This document shows, piece by piece, positions 37,752 through 50,044 of a stretch of 64,000 bases of DNA; the first letter of the stretch is position 1, and each line of letters opens with the position of its first letter. The stretch lies in contig BFEA01000039.1 of assembly GCA_003427395.1 (NCBI GenBank), forward strand, positions 2,156,371 through 2,220,370, read 5' to 3'. The notes under the pieces are model-generated. The model worked only from the letters and a program-made list of their open reading frames with translations, had not been told where the DNA came from and did no database searches. Position numbers and translations under genes: made by a program. This DNA is from Chara braunii (lineage: Eukaryota > Plantae > Charophyceae).

Positions 37752-39239
37752 CTATCCTACATACAACTGGTCCACGCAACAGGCTCACTTCGACCCTCGA
37801 AGACCAACTTGACTGTCAAAACCATAGCCGACTCCTCTTCATGTACCAGGTACGTATCTCGTCACCCTCAATCAGACCTTGAATAACCCACTCTCGCCTC
37901 CTTCCTTGAAGACCACCAGATCACCCTTATCATATTACAACTACGATTAAAACATAATAGTAGTAATAATAACAAAAAAATAATAATAATAACAATAATA
38001 ATAATAATAGTAATAATAATAATAATAAAATAATAATAATAATAATAATAATATAATCAGACTCGCCTTCTTTTCCACTCCGCATACATACAAACAGATG
38101 GTGATTCATCCCGGCGCACTGCACCCACTCAAAGCTCAGAGATATGGACCCAAGAACATAGTTCAGACGCCAACTCGCTTCAACAGCCTATGGCGCAACA
38201 GCGCCTGAACATCCCAATTCTCGTCACTGTGTCCAACACCAATGTTCGCATACACCCAACTCTGGATCACCCTGAATACTCCACGCACACTCACTCTGTA
38301 TCTCACACACACACATACACTTACTAACTCTAACACTACAGCGACTATGGCCGCACTATTAAAGCAAGCTCATACACACACTCACACACAAATGTACGTA
38401 CATACACACACATACATACATACACATACGTATACACACACACATACGTACACTCTCACAAACATACGGGCAAGCACACACACAATCACGCACACACACA
38501 CATACATGCAGTGGTAGTGTAGAATCTGTGTTTAGTGGTAGGCGCATTCGATCTGCTTATCCTACCGATGAAAGTAGAGTGAGGCTAGTCGCGGGTCATC
38601 ACTCGTCATCACAGTTCGATGCCACCTCACAACCGGGGGACCACCCAAAGTGTGTGTAGAGACTCTCTCGTACTCAAGTACAAGGTCCTAACCCACGCCC
38701 GGAACGTCGCCATCATCGACTGAGAAGGTACGTATCTCTCCTCCCCTCTCCTCCTTCTTCTCCTTCTTCTTCTTCTCCTTCTTCTTCCTCTTTCTTCTTC
38801 CTCCCCCCTTTTCTCCTTCTCCTTCTACCTCTGCTTCTTGCGCATCCTTTTTCCACACAATCACCTTCCTTCCTCTGCACACCTCCTCCTGTCGCATACC
38901 GTAATGGTACAGACTATAACAAGAACCGACCTCTCTCACATAGTTCAGGATAGCACAACGGAAGGCTTATATACCAATAATAAACTCAATCAATATCGCA
39001 ATGCAAACCAAACATACGTCATCATCATCACATGGTGTGAAGGGTTCTGGCGACCACACAAGAAGAATGTGCCAGTACCCATACATACACAGCCGAAGAG
39101 GAGGGGGATCAGACCAAGAAGAGGGGGAAGATGGTAATGTCGTCAACACCAAGTCTTCAGTACAGGTCCCAAATCACCCCTTGTCGAATGTCTTAGTCCC
39201 AAGGTCGAGTCTGAATCCAAATGTCGTCAGGTCCCGAAG

Positions 39240-39310
<71 letters not shown>

Positions 39311-39843
39311 CGCTACCTCACACCTGTAAAGTGAAATGTATGGTTCTGATTACAAGTGGCCTTCGAAGATAGACAGAGACGGTAACGCATGCAGGCGAGA
39401 AACAGCGAATGAATGGTTTAGGACAGGGAGGAGGTGATTGCGCCGTGCACATCAAGATGCAATCAAAGACTACATGCGATCATAATATACAACCACGACA
39501 TCAGAAAACGCATCATCGTCATGTCCTCCACTATTGTGCCTTCTTCTCAACGGAATCGTTCATATCTAGCTTTCGCCATGCTCTCCCTCCCGTCTTCCAT
39601 CACCCGCTCATCGTTCCCATCCGCCCCTTTCCCGCGCGTCATCTGTCTACTCCTGCGCAACCCCCTTTTCCACGCGATCGCCTTCCTCCCTGTGCGCACC
39701 TCCACCTCTCACACCGTACCTGGCCACGATGCCAGGCATGTTCCATTCAAACGGGAAAATCGATCCCCCCCCCCTGTCTCTCTCTTTTGCACTCTCTCTA
39801 TGGGTGCGTTCGCCTGCTCACTCTATATCCCTTCTTCACACAC

Positions 39844-39893
<50 letters not shown>

Positions 39894-40481
39894 TCACACA
39901 CATACATACATACACATATTCTCATACGCAAACATGGTAATGTACCTACCCATATTTAGTGGTAGATTCATTTGATTTTATTTTTATTTTTATTTTATTT
40001 TTATATTTACTCATCTTATTGATGGGAGTTCCATGAGATCGATTGCGAGATACACACCCACGCACTCACACACACAAACACACACACACACAAAACACAC
40101 ACACACAAAACACACACACACACACACATCCGCACGAGCACAACCAAGCAAACAAGTGTAGTTGTGTATACTTCCATATTCTAGTGAAAGATTCATTCGA
40201 TTTTGTTAGTTTTTCTTGATGGAAGTGCCCTGAGATCCGTCGTGCGATTCACATGCACACAGTCACACGCAAGCTTACATACATATATCTACAATCGCAC
40301 TCACATACACACACGCATGGTAGAGAACGTTTCGACGTTCTAGCCAAAGATTCGATCGATTTCGTTCATCCTTCGATGGAAGCTGCACAAGGTCGTAGCT
40401 GCTGAAGATCCATACGGTTTGCTCGTCCCTCCGATGGAAAACTCTCTCGTACATTCTGCGCGTGTGTGTGTTCACTGCTTG

Positions 40482-40512
<31 letters not shown>

Positions 40513-42679
40513 GTGTAGTAGTGTATCTACCCAAGTTTAGAGGTAGATTCATTCGATTTTTGGTGATCGTATCGATGGCAGCAGAGTAAGTTCAATCATG
40601 GGTCCTACCTGTCATTTTCTCCCTTCGTCCTTCTTGTCGCCGTCGTCATCATTAGCGTCATCATGGTCGTCGTCAGTTAACCACTCAAGACTCTTCACCG
40701 GACCATTCAATCGGTGGAGGCAACGAACGATATGTACAAGGGTAGTTATGTAGTCATCACGAGTTGATGACTCGTGTTCACTAGGCCTTCCCCGATCAAG
40801 ATCGATAGTTACATCAATTTATCCCTGTACTGATGAACCTTAAGAAGTTTACCCGGGCTTTTAGGACTAGGCAAGCATCTTGGTGGATTCATCGGTGTAG
40901 TGTACGTGCGCCCAGGTAAGGGATCTCGCTCTCTTTTTTCCCCTTTTTTTTTTTCTTCTTACTCTTCCTCCTTTTCCTCCTTTTTCTCTTTTTTCTCTTC
41001 CCTCTCGTACTACTCCTCCCACTCTCTCTCCTACTATCTTTCCCTGCGTGATCCTACCTCCCCGCTTTCACTGTGCGCCCAGTTCTTCCAATTGTCTGCT
41101 TGCGCTATCGCTCTGCGCTCGCTCGCTTGCTTTCCCCATCACGATGACCCTGTTTGACATTTCCCCTGCCCGTGCGCTGCTACGCACTCGCTTGTGCCGT
41201 TCGTCGAGCGTTCAGCCCGACCGTGCGGACCACAGTCGCGTGTTGCTGTGTCCAGAGTCGAACAGATTTCGTAGAAACGAATCTGCCTGACTTTCCAATG
41301 CCGATTCACAAGGTGAATCTGTGAAAAGTTACTGCGGAGTTGGTGGGAAGACGAGGAAGAAAGAAAAATAAAATAAAAAAAACGAATCTAACTGATTACG
41401 AAAAATAAATAAATAAATAACAGATCTACTAACCAAACACCTAGTTGTGCCAAGTGTCGAATCCCTGATACAATCGGTTCTGACTACCCAACTAATTTTA
41501 ACTATCTCTACAACAGAGGTTGCGGGTTCAAGTCCCCGCCAGTCATTCACGGGTGAAAACGGAAGTAAAGCTCCTTGCAAAAAGGAGCTAACTTGGGGTC
41601 GGGCAGATTCAATCCCTGCGTCTCCAACTTGACATTCTGCGCCTTTAACCTACTAAGCTAACTCCTACTTCGAGTAGAAGAGGAGCAGCTCTTGTATATG
41701 TATAGGAGTGGGGCTCAGCCTGCCTAGTGGCCTGAGCCCGTTTCCAAGTCTGTGTGCTCGCACGCTTGCCGGCCTGAATGCTTGTTAGTGTACGTGTCGG
41801 CTTGAATGTGTGTGTGACCCGTCAGGGTACTTGGTAAATTGGAAGGCTCGAAGGACCGGTACTTGGCCGTAGCCACGACATTGAGGGTCGAGGAGCAGAG
41901 ATAAATGTGTCGGGTACATTGGGCCGAGTAGAAGAAGACAAAAATTAACATTTTTAGAGGCCCAGTACCGGTAGGTAAACAGGTACCAGCCCAAATCTTA
42001 GTGCGTGTCGTGGCCGTACCCGACACAACCCTAATCTAATCAACCCTTCAACCTTCTCGGTCGGAGGGTATTACTAATGGTCATAACCATGTTAACGTGC
42101 GTCATAACAATGCGCGCACATACGCTCGAAATTTTCTCAACGATTCGCCTCGGCCTCAATGGCCGAGGAAATCGTTTAAAGTGTCATGCCAAAGCGTGCA
42201 CACCCTTTCCATTCCAGACCGACCCTGTCACGGTAGCCAACGCCGTCGTTGTCTCAATTGCAAAAACATTGCCAAATACCCTTGTAAGGGTATTTGGTCC
42301 GACAGTATTCTTAGACCCTATTAAGCGATGTCCCCGCCGCTAAGGCCGTTTATCACAATGGTTCATACAGTTCCCCTTTACATCGACACGCTGTTAATGG
42401 AAGACCCAAAATTTGGGGTTTTTCGCCGCATCAGTACAAGCAATGTCGTGGAAAATATTGCGAACAAACTATGCAGGCTCATAATACAAACATAAAAAAA
42501 CGAAACAGGCAAAAAAACTTTAAAAAAAACTCAAAAGGACTATAAAACCTTATTCGGAGTAGCTTTCGGAGTTCGCCAATTTTTTTTCCGAATTCGGTGT
42601 TTTTGCCAACTTCTTCTTTATTCGTCCAAATACGTTGAAACTGAATACAGATATACCCTCAAGCACATACATATCAGAC

Positions 42680-42715
<36 letters not shown>

Positions 42716-42839
42716 GCAAACCATCGAAGTATGGCAATTTCGGTGAAAAATTCGCCGAAAATAACACCACCCATTAGCCACGAGTGTTCACATCGTTTCC
42801 CAAAATCAAATCAATTGATAAAATATAACAATATCGATA

Positions 42840-43034
42840 ACACCACTGGACGGATGATAATATACAAAACAACACATGTACTATCTCTTTCCTGTTTGAA
42901 AGAGAAGGTGAATCCCTTTATCAGGTGCATCTCTGATACCACTGGACGGATGATACAATACAAAACAACACATGTACTATCTCTTTCCTGTTTGAAAGAG
43001 AAGGTGAATCCCTTTATCAGGTGCATCTCTGATA
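42840..43034. repeat. 97-bp tandem duplication
   Basis: ACCACTGGACGGATGATA...GTGCATCTCTGATA occurs twice. Confidence 0.9.
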
Positions 43035-44307
43035 AGTGGATAGCCAAATCTGAATCCTTGGATTGAGATGCAATGAAGATTCACATTGCCTCCCTTGATA
43101 CATTCTACCATTGTCGGGATTCTAACCCGGGTCTCCCACATACCGAAAGCCCCTAAAACCAAACTCAATGAACCAATGGTGGAGATACTGGATCTGTACT
43201 ACTATGGCGAAAGTTACCAAGAGAAACAACGATTATCTTTCCCACATCTTTAGACTTTCTTTCCAGATTCTCGTTGGTTGTCCGAGGGGTCATAATACTT
43301 ACCCCCTTTGGACGCGGGTCTGAACCTAAACCATATTACCGTCCCACCCGAAGTCTGATGTGAGGGGATCTGCGGTCTCGGTCTAAACCCACCACAGTCC
43401 GGTTGACCAGGCCAGATCTGCGACCCATTGTGTTGTTATATTGACAGTGGTTCCCGTATTGGTTACGCAATAACGGGTAAATCCTCATATCCTGGGTTTT
43501 ACCCAGCTTCTAGACCTGACTCTCGACCGCTCTAGTAACCACCTGAGTTGATTCTCTCACTAGGGCAGCCGCCCTTCAGGTCTCAACTCTAGGCCAAAAC
43601 CAGAAGGCCCGCTGCCTGGTTATACTTGGTCAGCAGCCAACGCTGGGAGTTATGTCCCAACGATGTTAATTTTTTACCATATGCTTGGTAATTTAGTCCC
43701 TCAGACTGACCTCTTGGAGCGGATGAACGATGTTCTTTTCAATATATAGTAAAAAAATTAATAGACAAAATTCTCTCATCGTCAGGTTGCCACTTATTGG
43801 ATGAACGATTTGCATCCCAATATATGTCAAAAACAATTTATAAAATCACCAACAAGAACCATCTTGCATCATCGTCAGGTTGCCATGTAGTGGATGAACG
43901 AGGGGCATCATCAGGTTGCCACTCAGGGGTCGTGTCTTCCCGCCTCGATCACAGCTTGGTTAGACACACGTCTCGGGGATCTTTCAAAATAAGTAAAACG
44001 AGCCGAAAACCCAAAATAAATATACAATTTTTGGTTTCCACAATACCATTGATGCAAAAAATATATTTTCATAACATCAACAATTCAAAACGATCTCATT
44101 TCAAAATCTTTTAATCTTATCTAAGACTAACCTCATTGGGATGGTGAACGGTGCCTTCTGCAAAATATACATATTTCAAAAAGACGCTCAAAAGAGGATA
44201 CATCTCATGTGTCTTTTCATTGTAGGACCCATCTTTTGGTGTCCCTCCAATAATTTTCATGACTCAAAATAAGACTCAATTTTTTAGGTCACCGTCAGCC
44301 CTCCATT

Positions 44308-44713
44308 TTAGGGTTAGATCTTAAATAATCCAAATAAAAACCGACTCAATAAGGTATCGTACGAATACATCTATAATACTCGTTTCCGAGTATTAACCAG
44401 AACGTAGTCAAGGAGGATTAAACCTTCTTGAGATGATCATCAAAGATCAAAATATCATATCATGTCAATCAAATCACAACCAACAGTGAAGAAACAATTT
44501 AAAGACAACTTTAGGGTTAGATCTTAAATAATCCAAATAAGAACCGACTCAGTAATGTATCGTACGAATACATGTATAATACTCCTGTCCGAGTATTAAC
44601 CAGAACGTACTCAAGGAGGATTAAACCTTCTTGAGATGATCATCAAAGATCAAAATGTCATATCATGTCAATCAAATCACAACCAACAGTGAAGAAACAA
44701 TTTAAGGACAACT
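44308..44713. repeat. ~202-bp tandem duplication
   Basis: TTTAGGGTTAGATCTTAAATAATCC...GACAACTTT occurs twice. Confidence 0.9.
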
Positions 44714-47281
44714 TTTACTGTACGCAGGGTTTTTCCCCTGTTTTCACGGAACTTTTACAATACATATATAAACGACATTCTCCTGCCATAGAGAAATAAT
44801 ATAGTGTGAATAATAAGTAATATTACAAAAAGATGCTTGAACTGTAAAGGAAGTTCATGAAAAATCCAAACCGTTAAATCATATCACTGCAGACAAACAT
44901 AAACTTTCCACGAACAATGAGAACAATGGTTACAATAAAATATCATAAGAACAAATACAATGAAGATACAAAATAACAATGACATAACATTTATTTGCTC
45001 GCTTTTGCTTAACAGAGGTATATTGTGTCGAGGGGTGGTGTAATCCTACCAAAGGGATAGCATCTCAGATCCTGAACCCCGCTCTAAGACTGAGCCTCAC
45101 CACATCTTCCTCTGATTCCAAGGTTGAGTCCTTACCAGTTTTCTGTCAATAGAGTAGAACGACCCAATTTCACATGCTCCAGGTTGGTAAGGCATTGACC
45201 ACAGAGATGAGGTGGCCCTTCCCGACACAAGGTAAGGTTACCACTCCTTACCTCATGAAGAACAACAACCGCCTTCCCTATAGATAGCGTCCTAACAAGG
45301 CCCCAAACATTTTTCTCCCCTTCGATGATAGTGTAGTCACTTCTCCTCTTCAGAAAAGGCGACAACACCTCACTATGGACCAGGAACATTGTTCCGGCGT
45401 GAGTCTCACTACCACGTACGGGACTTTACTATACTCTCTTTAAGCTGTTTGGAAAAGTATAAGTCAACGTTGCAATCTTCTAAAAGACAGATTCTGCATG
45501 CAAACCTCCCTTGAGAGAATTTCTTCTCTTCAAAGGTAGTTTACTCCATTCACCTCCAGCCCCATGCTGAACGTGGATTTCATACAGTTTTTTACCCTTA
45601 TTGAAGAAAACAATTCATAAACATAGTCAATCAAGCACAAAACAGTCATCAAACAATCAATAAATATATACATTTATAATCAGTTTCAACTTCAGCCAAC
45701 AAGGAACAAGACATACAATAACGCATCACTTGAAACACATATCACTCATTCCTACATACATTCATTCATACCCAGTGATGCACATTCTCCATAGCGGGAA
45801 TAAATAGTTGTATCACTTTTTATATAATAATGTGATTCGAGGAGTTGAATAACCCTCAAGTGGATACTCTCATACTCTAATCATATTGAGTATAGCAAAT
45901 GAGATAGTTCTTTAATTAGATAGTCGCATGATATAGTTTCCAATGCTTGACCAACTAATAAAGTTTGAGTCCATTTTAATCTTTTTCAAGAATCCGATAA
46001 ATCTAAACGGGCTCTTTATGCAATGATTCATAAAGTTAAATCATTATCATACTTTATCAAATACAACCTCAAACAGATATGTATTTTTCAAGTAAATGAG
46101 CTAATATTACGCTCGCTATACTATTCGCCCCTAAGGATTAATCGGTCACCAAGTAGGTGATGACATAGTTAATTTATATCTTATGATCTTCTACGGGTTA
46201 AATATTCTTTTAATAAATAACCCTACTAATAAACTCTATATCACATCACCATAATGTTATAGACTTATGCCTACTACCGTGTTAGCCTCTAACTATTGAA
46301 ACAACTAAACATAGTATCGCCCACTTTCATTCCATTTACCTACATATATCATCTCACACTATGTTTATAATCGGTTTTCTAGGGTCTCTTTTACCAAACA
46401 CATCCGAAGCTTGCTTTTTCGCAATTTAGACCAAAGATCGAGACTCCTCGTACCAGAGTAGACCTGATATACGTTAATTCACTCTCACCTAAATGTACCT
46501 ATCAAATAGATGATTTTGCTATAGTACAATGTTGGCAGCATGATAACTCTAAAGTACATATATCTCACTGTATTCAGTAAGCTTTCTGAGAGGGTAATTA
46601 ATTTAGGCAGATAGTCTTAAGCTCATACGTCTCACGACCTAACCCCCAGAGTCAGACTATTATCGAGAGACATAGTCTATCATTAAGACCTATATCATAT
46701 CATTTTTAAGAACTTGATAATCTATTGAGATTTTGTAGCAATAATTAATAGGGTTAGTTTTATTTACAAACCTATAGTCAGAAAGTATGACACATGACTT
46801 CGCGAATGCACATGGTCTTTAAGTAGTTAGCCTAACAACTGTGTGCTTTCTAGGGTTCGGGAGGTCTTTTCGATACTCACATACATTATCCAACTCAAGG
46901 AGGGAATTATCAGTATGCTTCACCTTTCTTCCCCCTCACCTTAGCAACATCATTTCTCGCTATTTGGAAGGGGTCAACCCTTCTTATATTTTTCTAATAC
47001 TGACCTAGATCTGAGATTCAAGCCTCATTAGAACTAGTGCTTCCGCCAGTTTAGCCCAGGACAAGCAATACACGAAGCTACTATATTTGTCTTTCAGACA
47101 TTTCACCTATATGGCGGGTAACGAATAACCCCTCGTAGATTGTTGCGGCAAAATATAAGCGTAAACTCCATGCATAAGTAATGATCCGTTGGAACGACTT
47201 ACAAAACGTAAGGTGGATCATGTACACACGATGGTGGCGGAAACGCAAGGTGGGATAATTGAAGAAGCAAACTCTTCTCCC

Positions 47282-47940
47282 CTTCACGACGACAGTCGAT
47301 CCGGTAAAGAGTATGGTAACTCACACATGAGTACCTCATTTAGTTCATAAATTAGTGTCAGACACCTCTGCTCGTCACGACGACAGTCCATCAGGTAGAT
47401 GGTATGGTAACTCGCATATGAGTTAGTTCATAGGTTAGTGTCAAACACCTCTGCCCATCACGACGACAGTCGATCCGGTAGAGAGCACATAATTTAGCTC
47501 ATTAGTTATTGTTAGATACCTCTTCCCGTCACGACGACAGTTGTTATGGTACAGAGTACCTAATTTAGCTCATTAATTATTGTTAGATACCTCTTCCCGT
47601 CACGACGACAGTCGTTACGGTAGAGAGTACCTAATTTTAGTTCATAGGTTATTGTTAGAACCCTCTTCCCCTCACGACGAAAGTCGATCCGGTAGAGAGT
47701 ACCTGTTTTAGTTCATAAGTTATTGTTAGATACCTTTTTCCGTCACGACGATAGTCGTAACGGTAGAGAGTACCTATTTTTAGTTCATAGGTTATTATTA
47801 GATACCTCTTCCCGTCACGACGACAGTCGATCCAGTAGAGAGTACCTAATTTAGTTCATAAGTTATTTTTAGATAGCTCTTCCCGTCACGACGACAGTCG
47901 ATCTGGTAGAGAGTACCTAATCTAGTTCATAAGTTATTGT
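47282..47940. repeat. 71-bp tandem repeat, 9 units, in the LTR-element internal region
   Basis: CACGACGA anchors at ~47285, 47376, 47459, 47530, 47601, 47673, 47744, 47816 and 47887. Confidence 0.92.
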
Positions 47941-48548
47941 GACGGTCAAGTATTTGCAATGAGGTAGGATGAATATGGGAGGAGTACAATCTTATCATCG
48001 GATGGATACAAGAAAGTGACTCAAGCACGGTAATGAGCATAAAAGTATATTATGTATAAAAAATACTAAGTTATTTTATCAGGGGAGATTGTATGCTTGT
48101 GCTAGTGACCCTGATAACGTACAACCCTATACCATTCTCCTTTCTCTTTCCCTTTCTCTTCTTCCTCCTTCAATCTTTTTCCTCCTCAATGAAGTCAATA
48201 AGCCTATTCAAAAAAAAATTCTTGTCGTCTTTCTCTTGATTTCTAATTTTCGCGCCTTGGCAGCACAACACACAAATTTTTATGCATGACAACATATGCA
48301 AAACATCACTTGTAAGCTTACTGTTAATAAGAGCTAATAAGTAGGGGTCATAATGACGTGATATATAAATTAACACAACACGACTATGTGATTCAAGGAT
48401 ATGATGACGCGCACGCTGCTAGGCGGTAACTATATAGGGATGAGATAGTACGAAAATGACCGGATTATCGAGTATGATTATTGATTGAGCATGAGCATAA
48501 ATAAAGTTAAATTCAGTTAACTATTCCATCTCAGGTCTGAGCTTGTAA

Positions 48549-49320
48549 TAGGATGACCCTACGGGAGTTATACTACTACTACCTGAATGACTGCGAATAC
48601 CACTCCTTTGATCAAGCGATAGGACGACCCCACGGGAGCCTCCCATAACCTGATTCAATGTTAAACAAATACATCGTTAGTAATTACCTTTGCCATTTAT
48701 CAATGATACCCAAGCAAGTAGTAGGGTTACTCACATGAGAGTATCCCTCTACTGTCCAAACACAATCTCCTTATTCTTTCCCTCATCAGTTGATCCCCAA
48801 ATCAAACAAGTATTAGGATAACCCTCCCGGGAGTCATCTTACTACTACTTTGATGCGTAGACGATTAATCAAAAACAGCTCTTTGTCGACTCGTCCCGAC
48901 CGTTCATCTATCTTGACTATGCATTGTAAATGAGCAAAAGGTATGCCGACTCCTGCGGGAGGTCAGACAGATCGCCCCAGACTTAGGAGTTCGTGTACTC
49001 ACACAGTGGGTACTTAGTTCCTTTCCAAGTCTTTTCAGATCTGTGATAGGAGAGTCCCACGGGAGCCTCCTACTGCCTTTGCTTTTGTTAGTCGTTGAAG
49101 ACATGTACCCCACGGGAGTACCGGATTACCTCTTGGACCTAGTTCGTAAAGCAACAGAAAAGACGCACGGCATCTTCCTGTTACCAACGTCGAAGTTAGG
49201 CAAACACTTTATCAGATCATTACTTAGTCGGGTGAATGGCAGGGTAACTCTTACGGGAGTATCCCTTCATTTACCTCTGTCAGTTCATGCAAGCGGCGTG
49301 ACGACTCCACGGGAGCCTCC
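48549..49320. repeat. Cluster of ~10 dispersed hairpin motifs (GG.TRACYC...CGGGAGT/C..CC)
   Basis: Copies at ~48549, 48620, 48722, 48814, 48946, 48995, 49047, 49104, 49241 and 49303, separated by unique spacers. Confidence 0.65.
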
Positions 49321-50025
49321 ATCACAGGAGGAACAAAAGTCTGTCATAAACCTACAACTCATACACGGCTAAGGAGATACAGAGAGGGGAAGTAATATGA
49401 AAGCAAAGTTCATTTAAGTCAATGTACATTAGCTAAAATAAACGGAATAGTCTATCACACGTCTGTCCCTCATCGATTCTTCGATAATTTATGAGAGTCA
49501 ATTAAAGTCATTAACCTCTTCACAACTTAAGTTGACAAACGCGCCTACACAGACAAATAATCCGAGTACGTAAACAGAAGGAAGGATCCAGCATACGCAG
49601 ACACCTTCCTCAAATCATTAACCTCACTTCTACCTACTAAGTAAGAGTATTACATTCACTAGTTGTATCTTTGTCATAGACTCCTAACTATCCAATACCC
49701 TGGTCTGTTCTTTAAGGACGTTCGTAGGTAGTTGAAGTCCCGGACAATGCGATTATGTTCGCATTGTTGGTGTGACTTCGCATTCCTGCATATATTTTTC
49801 TTAGTGTCTAGCCGTGATCATCGTCTTACCAAACCCGGGTTCGTCTACTGAGGACCTCGGTTGGAAAGCGAGATCCCCAACAACGAGTTAACCCGTTGCC
49901 GGTGGGCATATTGCAGTATTAATGCTAATCATACTGACAATTAAATTAAACGTTGTCGTCTAGCGAGGACTTAAATTTACCAAACCCAGGTCCGTTCGCA
50001 CAGAACCCCAGCAGGCAACCGAAGG

Positions 50026-50042
50026 TCCCGGCAACGGCGCCA
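50026..50042 (-). promoter_or_regulatory. Primer-binding site complementary to the tRNA-Asp 3' end
   Basis: Minus strand TGGCGCCGTTGCCGGGA, 2 nt from the LTR end; matches the known Athila-type PBS TGGCGCCGTTGCCGGGGA. Confidence 0.9.
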
Positions 50043-50044
50043 CC

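Larger units (their letters stand above)
26444..42304 (-). mobile_element. 3' LTR D (subfamily 2; 8475 bp net of insertion C)
   Basis: Minus strand starts TGTCGGACCAAATACCCTTACAAGGGTATTTGG and ends ...CGCGACA. The terminal ~300-400 bp are homologous to the 3' ends of A, B and C. Confidence 0.85.

Noticed and set aside
38242-40508. His/Thr-, Cys/Val-, Ile- or Asn-rich ORFs
   Set aside because: These are translations of (CA)n and (AAT)n microsatellites.
47282-47940. CRISPR array
   Set aside because: The whole unit is repeated with no unique spacers; no cas genes; eukaryotic context. The hairpin arrays at 2030-2970 and 48549-49320 also fail as CRISPR (irregular spacing, variable repeats).
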